This document shows positions 1-9,743 of a stretch of 64,000 nucleotides of DNA, one piece after another. The notes beneath the pieces were generated by a model. That model was given only the letters and a program-made list of their open reading frames with translations, did not search any database and was not told the DNA's origin. Origin of the DNA: a virus; UHGV virus genome UHGV-2031204; one strand, written 5' to 3'. How positions within the stretch are numbered: the first letter of the stretch is position 1; each line of letters begins with the position of its first letter. The position numbers and the translations under genes were made by a program.

Positions 1-1
1 G

Positions 2-67
2 GATCATGAAAGCGCGGAATTGGACATCACTCTCACGTTAGAAGATGATGGATTAAAACCAGTATAA
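2..67 (+). CDS. 3' end of an upstream ORF running off the window start (function unknown)
   Basis: Open frame from position 2 to TAA at 65-67 (…DITLTLEDDGLKPV*). Confidence 0.3.
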   Translation, partial: DHESAELDITLTLEDDGLKPV

Positions 68-89
68 TAGTCCGCTTATAAAAAATATT

Positions 90-118
90 GGGGGGGGGGT
101 AAAGCACCTCCCCAGATC
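90..118 (+). terminator. G10 tract plus CCTCCCC stem element after upstream ORF (weak terminator or RNA structure)
   Basis: GGGGGGGGGG-TAAAGCACCTCCCC; near-identical element at 21370-21394. Confidence 0.35.
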
Positions 119-147
119 TTTTAGCTCCCGATAGAGAATTAAATATC

Positions 148-3100
148 ATGGCTAAAGCGGTAAAGAAAATTCGTTTACACGATTTACGTCCATACACCGG
201 GGATATAGGTGAAGGCGTTTTACTTTTTTCGAAAGACGAAAAAGATTATAAGTTACCCGTCCGCGAAATTGTTGCGGATATTGACACTGTCAGAAACGCA
301 GTTGCTGATGCACAAACAGCTGCAGCCAAATCGCAACAGTCTGCAACAGAAGCTACGCAAGCAAAAAATTTAGCAGAAACCGCGAAGCAACAAACTGACA
401 CGTTAGCTTCTACAGTTAGTGAGCAAGCGGGAACCGTTGCCACTAAAACTGCTGAGGTTAACAAAAAACACGCTGAAGTGTTGGCAGCGAAAACTGCCGT
501 AGATACTGTTTCACAATCAGTAAATGAGAAGGCTCAAGCTGTCGCTACAAGCGAACAATCGGTGACGGCTACAGCGGCTGATGTAACTAAGAAAGCAGAA
601 ACGGTTACGCAACAGGCCGGGCAAGTTCAACAAACCGCTACCAGTATCGCAGATACCGCAGCTTCAGTTGAGGCCAGTAAAGGTGCAGTGGAGAAGATTG
701 CTGCACAGGTCACGAAAGATAAGGAAAGTTCAGAAGGTGCAGCAACACGATCGGAATCAGCCGCTTTGCGTGCGGAGAAAATCGCTGCACAGGGTTTAGT
801 TGACGCTAGTACGACCGGTAAAGGTATCGTTAAACTTAACAATACCCTGACTAGCGAATCCGTGACTGAGGCTGCCACACCATCCACGGTTAAACAGCTG
901 AATGACGAATTACAGTTAAAAGCCAATAAACATTCGCCGAATTTTACGGGTAAACCGTCATCCCCAACACCCCCGAAGGACTCGAACGACACGAGCATCT
1001 CCACAACGGCCTGGGTGCGTGACGCGATTGCAGAACTGGTTGGTTCTTCACCCGAGACGTTAAACACCTTAGCGGAATTAGCTGAGGCGTTAGGTAATGA
1101 CCCTAACTTCGCAACAACGATTACTGAGGAACTTGCGCAGAAACAACCTCTCAGTCCGTTACTCACCGCTATTGCCGCAGTCACCACAGCGGCAAACAAA
1201 CTCATGTATTTCACCGGCAGTAATAAAGTCGGATTAACGGATTTTACAGAAACGGCCAGATCCTTGTTAGCGAAAGGGTCAACTGCGGATATCATCAATT
1301 TCTTGGGATTAAGAGCCACCGTAGATAAAGCGAATGGTGCGTTACAGAAGAACTCTAACGGCGCTGATATCCCAGATAAAGAAACGTTTGCTCGCAACAT
1401 CGGTCTATCTCCTGACACCTATCTGCGTTTCCGTGGCGAAATGCCTGTAGATGCTGATATTAACACATTTGCTCCAGATGCTAATTACACAGGAACGTGG
1501 GCTAAGTCGACATCAACCAATGCGTCGATGGCAAAACACTTCCCAGAAGACGGCGCAGTCGGTTATCTGGAAGTGTATAAAGCGGGCAACTACAGCGGCG
1601 CGCAACGTTTTACCTGTCGTAATGGTAACGTGTACAACCGTATGTTGTCAGGTGCGTGGAACGGAACTAATGGACCCTGGTCACCGTGGAGAATGGTAAC
1701 TACTGGTGTTCGTCCACTGTCTACCGCTATAGACTTGAACTCTCTGGGTGGCGCTGAGCATATGGGTAACTGGCGGAACTCGTCCAGTTCGTTAGCGGTG
1801 TTCGACCGACATTACCCCGAAGAAGGCGGTGGTGCGCAAGGCGTACTAGAAGTAATGGAAGGTGGTCTTTACGGACGGTTGCAGCGATACACTACGCGTC
1901 GTGGTACAATGTATGTCCGTGGTTTGACTGCAACGTGGGATTCATCAAACCCGCAATGGGAAGATTGGATTCAGGTTGGTTATCAGACTGACGGTGCTTT
2001 CTTTAAAGCCAATTTTAACGATCTCGTTAAACCAGGACGTTTCAGTGTCACTGGTGAAGCAACTAATGGTCCACTTACCGGTTCTTCTGGTGAAACCATA
2101 TTAGGCGTTTGTGAAGTTACCTTACGCTTAGACGGTACAGGGGTCGAACAGAATTATACTACATACGGTACGGGTGTAGAAACTAAAGGTCGTAAATTCC
2201 AACGTATCCGTACGGGTAACGCTTGGAGTGATTGGCGTGAGATTTTCACATCGTATTCGCTTCCGTTAGTATTAGGGGTTGGCGGTGAGCGTGCGAATGT
2301 TGATCCTTTAGACTGGCAAACCTATGACTTTAAACCAGGTGAGTTAATCTGTACGCCACTTAACACCATGAAAAACATTCCTGCGGGAATGGATTGGGGT
2401 GTTATTGACGGTAACTTAATTAGCATCCTGGTTGGACCATCAGATGGTGCATCCTCGGGTCGGAGCATGTTGGTTTGGCGTAGTACGGTGTCTACTGCCA
2501 ACTATCGATTCTTTGCCGTTCGCCTTGCAGGTAATCCGGGTAATCGTACTATTACTCCTCGACAGATGCCTGTATTGACCGCAGCACACACCTGGGCAGA
2601 AAAACAGACCTTTGCAAAAGGGTTAGCAGGTGAGTTAACAGGCAACGCTTCAACCGCCACTAAATTAAAGACGGCGCGTAGAATTGGTGGGGTCGCCTTC
2701 GATGGTAGCGGCGACGTTAACCTCCCAGGTGTTAACCAACAAGGTAATCAAAACACCACGGGTAACGCCGGTACAGCCACTAAACTTCAAACCGCTAGAA
2801 ATATTAACGGTGTGAGGTTCGATGGTTCTGCTGACATCAATATCAACACCTTGGTGGGTCGTGGTCGGGTTACCGCACTAACCGGTTCAAACAAAGGTAC
2901 GCCTGGTATTCAGATGTACGAAGTTTACAATAACGGCTATCCGTACGCTTATGGTAACTTACTCCATTTGGGTGGTGCTGCTGCGCTAGGCGAAGGCGAG
3001 TTGTTAATTGGTTGGTCGGGCACGAGTGGTGCGCACGCGCCAGTTTATATTCGTAGTCGACGTGATACGGCAGATGCGCCGTGGTCAGATTGGGCACAAG

Positions 3101-4770
3101 TTTATACTACACGTGACAGTATCCCTGGCGTAAATACCACAGGTAATCAGGACACTACTGGCAATGCCGCTACCGCGACGAAACTGAAAACCGCTCGCAG
3201 AATCGGCGGCGTTACCTTTGACGGTACTGGGGATATCAATTTACCGGGGGTTAACCAAGCCGGTAACCAGAATACGTCAGGTAATGCTGCAACAGCGACT
3301 AAACTCCAAACTGCTCGAAGTATCGGTGGTGTGGCTTTTGATGGTACTAAAGACATCAGTTTACCTGGGGTAAACCAAACTGGGAATCAGTCAACTACGG
3401 GGAACGCGGCCACTGCAACGAAGTTGCAGACAGCGCGTACCATTAATGGTATTGCTTTCGATGGCACGAAAAATATTGAACTGACCCCAAGAGCCATAGG
3501 CACGATTAACTCAACAACCATGTCTTTTAATGGTGGTGCCGGATGGTTCAAGCTGGCAACTGTAACTATGCCACAAGCCAGTTCCGTGGTTTACATAAGC
3601 ATGATTGGTGGCGCAGGGTTTAACGTTGGCTCCCCGCAGCAAGCTGGCATTTCTGAGCTGGTACTGCGTGCTGGAAATGGTAACCCAAAAGGTATTACTG
3701 GCGCATTATGGCGACGGACATCGGTTGGATTTACTAATTTTGCATGGGTGAATACATCTGGTGACACCTATGACATTTATGTAGAAATAGGTAATTACGC
3801 CACAGGGGTTAATATTCAGTGGGATTACACCAGTAATGCAAACGTAACAATCCACACAACACCAACTTATACAGCAGATAAACCAGCTGGCCTGACTGAT
3901 GGAACGGTATATGTCGTTTACAGTTCACACATTAAACCTACGGCGGGTGATGTTGGGGCGTTGCCATTATCCGGCGGCCAATTGAATGGAGCTTTGGGTA
4001 TTGGAACCGCCAATGCTTTAGGTGGGAACTCCATAGTTTTAGGGGATAATGACACCGGCCTTAAGCAGAACGGGGATGGCGTTCTAGATGTTTACGCCAA
4101 TAATGCTCACGTTTTACGCTTTACGAGTGGGGCTGTTCAAAGCAATAAACCTCTCAACGTTACTGGGGATATAAGAACCAATACTTGGGTTTATGCAAAT
4201 AGATATTCTATTAACAGCAACTCAGGTTCTTGGATTAGCATGAGAGACCATAACGTTATTTTTGGTCTTAATGCGGTAGGAACTAGTTCTGCTCAGGCAT
4301 TGTTAAGACAAGACCATGCTGATAGGAAATATTTTGTTGGTGGTTTAGGTAACAGTCAATTCGGCTTTTACATGATAAACAACTCACGTACTGATAATGG
4401 CACCGATGCCAATGCTTATTTGCAAAATGACGGTACTTGGGTTTGTGGTGGGAACGGTAACTTTAACGACGTTTATATACGTTCAGACGCCCGGCTGAAA
4501 AGTAATTTCTCTCCAATAACTAATGCATTGGAGAAGGTAAAGGAATTGTCAGGTTTAATATACGACAAAAAGGAGAACTTTAAATCCACTAATGTTCATC
4601 GTGAGGCTGGTGTTGTAGCGCAGACCTTACAAAAAGTGTTACCTGAGGCAGTTTCTACTTATAAAGACGCTAATGGTGAGGACGTTTTGACGGTCTCTAA
4701 TTCTGCTCAAATAGCTTTACTTATTGAGGCAATAAAGGAGTTGGCGGAGATAATTGAGACCAAGTTATAA
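148..4770 (+). CDS. Long tail fibre protein (distal-subunit-like) with tandem fibre repeats and C-terminal S74 intramolecular chaperone
   Basis: 1540 aa; Ala/Thr/Gln-rich N-terminal shaft; five tandem ~35-aa repeats TGNAATATKLxTAR.I.G..FDG..DI.L; C-terminal SDARLKSN…NALEKV…ALLIEAIKEL matches the S74 autoproteolytic chaperone signature. Confidence 0.85.
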   Translation: MAKAVKKIRLHDLRPYTGDIGEGVLLFSKDEKDYKLPVREIVADIDTVRNAVADAQTAAAKSQQSATEATQAKNLAETAKQQTDTLASTVSEQAGTVATKTAEVNKKHAEVLAAKTAVDTVSQSVNEKAQAVATSEQSVTATAADVTKKAETVTQQAGQVQQTATSIADTAASVEASKGAVEKIAAQVTKDKESSEGAATRSESAALRAEKIAAQGLVDASTTGKGIVKLNNTLTSESVTEAATPSTVKQLNDELQLKANKHSPNFTGKPSSPTPPKDSNDTSISTTAWVRDAIAELVGSSPETLNTLAELAEALGNDPNFATTITEELAQKQPLSPLLTAIAAVTTAANKLMYFTGSNKVGLTDFTETARSLLAKGSTADIINFLGLRATVDKANGALQKNSNGADIPDKETFARNIGLSPDTYLRFRGEMPVDADINTFAPDANYTGTWAKSTSTNASMAKHFPEDGAVGYLEVYKAGNYSGAQRFTCRNGNVYNRMLSGAWNGTNGPWSPWRMVTTGVRPLSTAIDLNSLGGAEHMGNWRNSSSSLAVFDRHYPEEGGGAQGVLEVMEGGLYGRLQRYTTRRGTMYVRGLTATWDSSNPQWEDWIQVGYQTDGAFFKANFNDLVKPGRFSVTGEATNGPLTGSSGETILGVCEVTLRLDGTGVEQNYTTYGTGVETKGRKFQRIRTGNAWSDWREIFTSYSLPLVLGVGGERANVDPLDWQTYDFKPGELICTPLNTMKNIPAGMDWGVIDGNLISILVGPSDGASSGRSMLVWRSTVSTANYRFFAVRLAGNPGNRTITPRQMPVLTAAHTWAEKQTFAKGLAGELTGNASTATKLKTARRIGGVAFDGSGDVNLPGVNQQGNQNTTGNAGTATKLQTARNINGVRFDGSADININTLVGRGRVTALTGSNKGTPGIQMYEVYNNGYPYAYGNLLHLGGAAALGEGELLIGWSGTSGAHAPVYIRSRRDTADAPWSDWAQVYTTRDSIPGVNTTGNQDTTGNAATATKLKTARRIGGVTFDGTGDINLPGVNQAGNQNTSGNAATATKLQTARSIGGVAFDGTKDISLPGVNQTGNQSTTGNAATATKLQTARTINGIAFDGTKNIELTPRAIGTINSTTMSFNGGAGWFKLATVTMPQASSVVYISMIGGAGFNVGSPQQAGISELVLRAGNGNPKGITGALWRRTSVGFTNFAWVNTSGDTYDIYVEIGNYATGVNIQWDYTSNANVTIHTTPTYTADKPAGLTDGTVYVVYSSHIKPTAGDVGALPLSGGQLNGALGIGTANALGGNSIVLGDNDTGLKQNGDGVLDVYANNAHVLRFTSGAVQSNKPLNVTGDIRTNTWVYANRYSINSNSGSWISMRDHNVIFGLNAVGTSSAQALLRQDHADRKYFVGGLGNSQFGFYMINNSRTDNGTDANAYLQNDGTWVCGGNGNFNDVYIRSDARLKSNFSPITNALEKVKELSGLIYDKKENFKSTNVHREAGVVAQTLQKVLPEAVSTYKDANGEDVLTVSNSAQIALLIEAIKELAEIIETKL

Positions 4771-4774
4771 TTAT

Positions 4775-4796
4775 CAGTGAGGGGTTCCCCTCACTG
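4775..4796 (+). terminator. Stem-loop after fibre gene (CAGTGAGGGG-TTCC-CCTCACTG), no T-run
   Basis: Perfect 9-bp inverted repeat immediately 3' of the stop; weak or attenuating. Confidence 0.3.
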
Positions 4797-4825
4797 ACTC
4801 ACAAGTACGTTATAAGGTGGTTATT

Positions 4826-5608
4826 TTGTCTGTATCAGCGACTCCCGGATGGATTGGTTCTTCAGCAAAAGCTGAAGCTGGTAATGGTTGGATGTCTGGC
4901 GCGATGCGCACACTTGGTGTGCCGGTCCCAGGCTGGATGTCGCAATTGGCGGGAAAATCAAAAGAGGCTCAGTATTCGATCGGGGCTAATCACAATTACA
5001 ATAAAGATACGCTTATTAACTATTTACGTTCCATAGGCTCTACTGCTGTCGTTGTGACCATTACAGGGGATTTAGTGTCTTATAGTAGCGGGGTTCCTTG
5101 TTTAGAGTTCCCTAGCAATCTTCCAAATTCGTATATTACCCTCATCATCAATCCTGGGGTTACAGTATACGGCAGAGGAGGCAACGGCGGTTCTAACTCA
5201 CCAGGCGGTGCAGGTGGAACCGCAATACAGAACGGAATAGGAAACAGACTGCGTATAACCAACCGTGGCGCTATTGCCGGAGGCGGTGGCGGCGGTGGCG
5301 GCGGTAACAGGGGTAGACTAATATTTGGTGGTGGCGGTGGTCGCCCATTCGGTGCTGGTGGGTCTTCCTCTCATATGAGTTCCGGTGCGGCTGCTGGTAC
5401 TATTTCCGCTCCTGGTAGAGGATCTGTTGGTGAGGGGTCTCTTAGTGCATATACAGGCGGTTCGGGTGGTAATGTCGGTGCTGGTGGAGGAAGATGTAAT
5501 ACTCATGGTAACGGTACAGAATATAACGGCGGGGCAGCTGGTGCTGCTGTTACTGGTAATGCGCCAAGATGGGACGCAGTAGGTGCAATATACGGTTCAC
5601 GTGTTTAA
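4826..5608 (+). CDS. T2-type gp38-like tail-fibre tip adhesin with polyglycine motifs
   Basis: GWIGSSAKAEAGNGWMS…GANHNYNKDTLINYLR…ITITGDLVSYS…CLEFPS…GGTAIQNGIGNRLRITNRGAIAGGGGGGGGG…GGGGGRPFGAGG resembles T2/T6-type gp38 (recalled, not searched). Start taken at TTG 4826 (RBS AAGGTGG 5 nt upstream); track start GTG 4817 is possible. Confidence 0.8.
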   Translation: MSVSATPGWIGSSAKAEAGNGWMSGAMRTLGVPVPGWMSQLAGKSKEAQYSIGANHNYNKDTLINYLRSIGSTAVVVTITGDLVSYSSGVPCLEFPSNLPNSYITLIINPGVTVYGRGGNGGSNSPGGAGGTAIQNGIGNRLRITNRGAIAGGGGGGGGGNRGRLIFGGGGGRPFGAGGSSSHMSSGAAAGTISAPGRGSVGEGSLSAYTGGSGGNVGAGGGRCNTHGNGTEYNGGAAGAAVTGNAPRWDAVGAIYGSRV

Positions 5609-5625
5609 TTAAAAAAGGAGGGTAG

Positions 5626-6129
5626 ATGGGGGTAGCGTCAGGATGGGTCGGATCTTCAGCTAGGAATGAAACTGGCCAACAATGGATGAGCGCTGCGGGT
5701 AGTAAATTAGGATTGGGTAGACCTTTTATGATGAGTCAAATGGTGGGACGATCTATGGGCTGTAAAATTGCAACCGCTGCATATAGCGATTCTTTAGGTA
5801 AGAAATGGGGCGCAGTAGGACCAAGCTGGCCGTTAAACCAGAAAAATCAGGGAACCATTCAAAACGCGGGTAACTGCGGGGTGGGAACTTTAGTAGGTAT
5901 TGAGTTACAGTTAACAACGATAGTTGCCAACGCAAAGCCTACTTTAGCGGTTTACTTACAAGGAGGCAGAGCCTCTAACATTACCGTAAATTTAGGTGGT
6001 AACACCTGCGCGCTGACCTATCAGCAGGTTATTAACGGACAGCATTATTACTGGACTAATAACATCAGCGCTGCGTTCCAAAACGTGATGAAATCAACCG
6101 GTACACTGAGAGATTTCAAAATTAGTTAA
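5626..6129 (+). CDS. gp38-like paralog: same N-terminal domain, unrelated non-glycine-rich C-terminal domain
   Basis: MGVASGWVGSSARNETGQQWMSAAG aligns with the N-terminus of 4826..5608; strong RBS AAGGAGGG; C-terminal 100 aa lack polyglycine tracts. Confidence 0.65.
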   Translation: MGVASGWVGSSARNETGQQWMSAAGSKLGLGRPFMMSQMVGRSMGCKIATAAYSDSLGKKWGAVGPSWPLNQKNQGTIQNAGNCGVGTLVGIELQLTTIVANAKPTLAVYLQGGRASNITVNLGGNTCALTYQQVINGQHYYWTNNISAAFQNVMKSTGTLRDFKIS

Positions 6130-6216
6130 TTATTTTTCAAGTGGAAGCGCTTGAAATCGTAATCGGGGGGATGTTTTAAAAGACTTTCTACGTCCCCCTA
6201 AACTTAAAGGTGTGTT

Positions 6217-8151
6217 ATGATGTTGGTGCGCGATATTAAAGATTACACCGAACTAGCAACATACGCGTTAAATTCGTTGTTAACGCTTGACAAACCAGAA
6301 ATACTCGATGAATCCGTCACGATAACGGTAGACCAGGAAACGAACTATGATTACGTTGGTCAAGTTACTGGTCGTGTTTCTGTAGCTAGTCCCACTGAAT
6401 ATAAAATTGCGATGTATACCTATACAACGGGAGAGTACGCGCAAGGTGAATCAGCATTAAACGAATCGGGTGAGTTTAATTTTAAACGAACATGGCCGGG
6501 GACAAAACAATTTCGTTTAATTAGAATTGCTGATGGCAAATGGATTTCTACGTTAGAGTTCCCATTGTGCATCCGTAGTTACCATATGCCAGAAAACGCG
6601 GACCCTGAAACGATCAGGATTATGAAAGATCGGTGTTATACTTACGATCAGGCTGTTGCTGCTCTTGCATTAATGGTATACGGTCATGAAAAGGTAGAAC
6701 AGTTTGTAAAAGGTCTTTTAGCGCTGGTCAATGAAGACGGGGGCGTTAAATTCTACGTAAACCGACTTTCAGCTAAATCTTCGCGAAATTATTACCGTAT
6801 GGGTAACGTCGCGTGGGTACTTTACGCTTTAGCTTTTTATCTTGAAAAATTTCCTGCCGGAAATCTAGCGGCACAGGTTCGTGAAAAATTAACACTTTCC
6901 TTAACCTGGCTGGAAACTTACAAGGTAACGCAGGAGACAGATCGCCGCAAAGGTTTATATCTTGGTGGAAAGGGTCGTTTTGTTACTACCGAATCAGGCG
7001 AACGTGTTTTTGAAGAAGACTACGTTGCACCTTTTGCGGCTTTAGAACATCAGGTAGATATTTGGTTCCTGTTCGAATTACTAGGGCGCGTCGGTTTTGA
7101 TGCATACCAACAAAAAGCAGCGGACTTCGGTAATAGAATAGTAGAAGCTTTTTGGATGGAAGACGAAGGACGTTTTCGTCAGGGTGTGAGAGAAACAGAA
7201 GATGATAACGCAGCTGCGTTAGATCAGTCCAGTTGGGGTGGGCTATTTGCGGCCAAATTTAAACCAGAGTACGCCGAACGTTGTCACGCTTTTATGGAGA
7301 AATTTCGTTCGGAAACCTCTGAGTGTCGTGGCTACACACCATACAAAACCGAGTTTGGTTACCCTAATGCTAAAGAAGGGGTGTGGGTTGAAGGTGCCGC
7401 CGGTGTTGCATTATTCGAACGTCAGTTAGGAAATGATAAACGTGCTGTTGAGATCATTAACGACTTAGATGTTCTTTTATCAGAATACGGTTATCGTGAT
7501 TCTTGCGATGATCCTACCTATGATACGCTGCCGCCGTGGTGGTCAACCACAAACACTGCATGGGTGCTTTTAGTCTGTAAGCCAAGTAATTTTTGGCTTG
7601 TAGATAAGTCTCCTTTAACGGAGAGATATAATCCGCAGAATAAATTTTTACCAGATATTTCATTAAACTCTTTAAATCTTGTAATTTCGTTAGTGAATCA
7701 CGATTTAAAAACAGATTACACGGAGTCTGATGTTGAAATCAGCAAGATTTCACTTAGCACGGAAGAAAATCGTGACACAACAGCGATAATGGAAATAAAA
7801 CGTCCTAATAAACGGTCGTTACAGATCTATTACAACCGTTTAACCGCAGCGCGGTGGTTAAACCAGCAACCTATTCTGGTAAAGGTCACCGGTAATGGTT
7901 TTACTACTCGCGATCTGATCGACGGAATTAACGCTGTCTGTGGTAGTAATTTACAAGCCGACGATCTTACCGATAAAACATTTACCGTAGGGAGGGACGC
8001 TGTAACATTACAAGTTTCACCCAACTCGCTAGGTTATAAAGGCCAATTCTCCGTTCTGGTTTTCGGTAACGACGAAGAAGCCGCTGTAGTAAAAGACAAC
8101 GATTTAATCGTTACTGCAGATAACCGTGTCTTAACATTCGGAGGTCACTAA
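6217..8151 (+). CDS. Hypothetical 644-aa protein, possible (alpha/alpha)6-toroid glycosidase-like fold
   Basis: RBS AAAGGTG; recurring aromatic helix-end motifs (NVAWVLYALAFY, VDIWFLFELL, SSWGGLFAA, GVWVEGAAGVALF, TNTAWVLLV). Fold assignment is inference. Confidence 0.55.
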   Translation: MMLVRDIKDYTELATYALNSLLTLDKPEILDESVTITVDQETNYDYVGQVTGRVSVASPTEYKIAMYTYTTGEYAQGESALNESGEFNFKRTWPGTKQFRLIRIADGKWISTLEFPLCIRSYHMPENADPETIRIMKDRCYTYDQAVAALALMVYGHEKVEQFVKGLLALVNEDGGVKFYVNRLSAKSSRNYYRMGNVAWVLYALAFYLEKFPAGNLAAQVREKLTLSLTWLETYKVTQETDRRKGLYLGGKGRFVTTESGERVFEEDYVAPFAALEHQVDIWFLFELLGRVGFDAYQQKAADFGNRIVEAFWMEDEGRFRQGVRETEDDNAAALDQSSWGGLFAAKFKPEYAERCHAFMEKFRSETSECRGYTPYKTEFGYPNAKEGVWVEGAAGVALFERQLGNDKRAVEIINDLDVLLSEYGYRDSCDDPTYDTLPPWWSTTNTAWVLLVCKPSNFWLVDKSPLTERYNPQNKFLPDISLNSLNLVISLVNHDLKTDYTESDVEISKISLSTEENRDTTAIMEIKRPNKRSLQIYYNRLTAARWLNQQPILVKVTGNGFTTRDLIDGINAVCGSNLQADDLTDKTFTVGRDAVTLQVSPNSLGYKGQFSVLVFGNDEEAAVVKDNDLIVTADNRVLTFGGH

Positions 8152-8771
8152 TGGCTGAACTGGTAGGAAAGGTACGCGTTCACGAACTACCGACACTTTC
8201 AGATGACGTCACAGGTGTAGTCGTCTTAGCGTCTAAAGAACAAACTGAATACCAACTCCCGATTGAGAACTTAGGGGGTGGTGAGGTTACAGTGAGTCCG
8301 TCGGCGAATAACATCCTTAAGTCTAACAGTGATGGGTTGTTTGTTAATGGTGCACATCCGATTGTACCAAAAATGGATGCAAAAACCGTATCGGGAAATA
8401 TGGTAGTAGAAAAAACGTTGACGGGTGGTGCGGTAATCTGCAAAACAACGGTTGACGTTAATAACAGGCTGGGTGTTACGCAATTATCAGGGGTATCAAT
8501 TTATAGCCAGTGTCTGTTGGAAAATAAATTGGTTTACCTGGCAGCAGATGGTGGTATTATTGATGCGTACTTCTACGTTAGTGGTACAAAAACCACAGCG
8601 AGTACAATAACCCACACCATTCGTGTTGTTTTAGCGAAGATACCCTCTAAAGTTATCGATATCACCGATTTGTCTGAAACCGAAGTACAATACGAGAATA
8701 GTAATTTACCTGTTAAGATCGTTATTAAACATCTTGCAGGGACAACACTTTCTCAGAACGGAATGAAATAA
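8151..8771 (+). CDS. Short fibre-like protein sharing the N-terminal anchor domain of the 1540-aa fibre
   Basis: MAELVGKVRVHELPTLSDDVTGVVVLASKEQTEYQLPI aligns with MAKAVKKIRLHDLRPYTGDIGEGVLLFSKDEKDYKLPV of ORF 148..4770; ATG overlaps the upstream stop, RBS GGAGGT. Confidence 0.6.
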   Translation: MAELVGKVRVHELPTLSDDVTGVVVLASKEQTEYQLPIENLGGGEVTVSPSANNILKSNSDGLFVNGAHPIVPKMDAKTVSGNMVVEKTLTGGAVICKTTVDVNNRLGVTQLSGVSIYSQCLLENKLVYLAADGGIIDAYFYVSGTKTTASTITHTIRVVLAKIPSKVIDITDLSETEVQYENSNLPVKIVIKHLAGTTLSQNGMK

Positions 8772-8777
8772 TTTTTA

Positions 8778-8818
8778 GGTAGTAGGGGCTTAGCCCCTAC
8801 TACCTTTTTTATTTTTTC
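8778..8818 (+). terminator. Rho-independent terminator
   Basis: GGTAGTAGGGG-CTTAG-CCCCTACTACC followed by a T-run. Confidence 0.7.
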
Positions 8819-8863
8819 TCAGATATATATTACCTAGAGGAGAGTGAAATTTACGTTCACTCC
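8816..8863 (+). promoter_or_regulatory. Conserved phage promoter-like motif plus 5'-UTR hairpin (copy 1 of 4)
   Basis: TCAGATATATATTACCTAGAGG followed by hairpin GGAGAGTGAA…TTCACTCC; related copies at 13205, 45418, 49705. Confidence 0.45.
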
Positions 8864-8891
8864 ATTAGTTATAGCCGAAAAGGAGGATTAG

Positions 8892-9743
8892 ATGCATTAC
8901 CCGTATTATCTCCCGCACATTCTAGCAAATAGGGACCCTGGTTATTACTACGAACAAACAGAAGGATCTTTTAATCGACTATACATTCGTGAATTTGATA
9001 CCGATGAAATGACGGATGACCAGTATCTGGAGTATCTAAAAGACCTTTACAGTTTTTCAAAATCGAATAAAGATGGCTTTGGACGTCTCTCAGTCATTAG
9101 CGATGGCGAATATCGTCATTTAGCTAAGCCTGTTACGTACCCTATTATTACGCGAGCTTATACATCGGATAGGCAATATCTTGCTGAACTAAAAATTCCT
9201 CTACGGATAGACGGGCCCCAAATTAGCTGTATGGAAGTAGAAATTCAACCGATTGCTGAAGACTACATCGAAGACTACTTCAAGAAAGCTAAAGACTTAC
9301 TCGACGAGGGTTTAAGTTTCTCTGAAGAAGGCACGATTTGTCTTCTCTCGCTACTCTCGAAGACTTATGTCACGGCAAATTTCCGTGTCTCTGATTCCAG
9401 TAACTACAATACACTTACTCCCTCTAAGACAAAACCGGTTTATTGGGACGATCGGTTAGTCGATAGACACCGTTGGCTTACTATCTTAGATAAAGTAAAA
9501 TTCGAACCCCCTAAACACACCGAAGACAATTTTACTTTATTACACAACTTCGACCCGATCTATATCCCGACGCATTTTGAACAAGCCTTACGTCATCGGT
9601 TGAAATATGTGTTGGAATTACGGTACGGGAAGATAAATGGGCTAACCTGTTCTGGTGAATTGGGAGAAGAAGAACGCGAGAAAATAAAAATCGTGTTTGA
9701 TAAGTTGGTTGAAGATTACATTAAGAAGGAAGGGCAATTATGA
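8892..9743 (+). CDS. Hypothetical protein
   Basis: 283-aa ORF with RBS AAAAGGAGG; no motif recognised. Confidence 0.55.
   Translation: MHYPYYLPHILANRDPGYYYEQTEGSFNRLYIREFDTDEMTDDQYLEYLKDLYSFSKSNKDGFGRLSVISDGEYRHLAKPVTYPIITRAYTSDRQYLAELKIPLRIDGPQISCMEVEIQPIAEDYIEDYFKKAKDLLDEGLSFSEEGTICLLSLLSKTYVTANFRVSDSSNYNTLTPSKTKPVYWDDRLVDRHRWLTILDKVKFEPPKHTEDNFTLLHNFDPIYIPTHFEQALRHRLKYVLELRYGKINGLTCSGELGEEEREKIKIVFDKLVEDYIKKEGQL

Noticed and set aside
246-1418. Minus-strand track ORFs (246..464, 627..1418) inside the long tail fibre gene
   Set aside because: Antisense to a 1540-aa ORF with clear domain signatures; these are low-complexity Ala/Ser/Val frames typical of spurious antisense ORFs.
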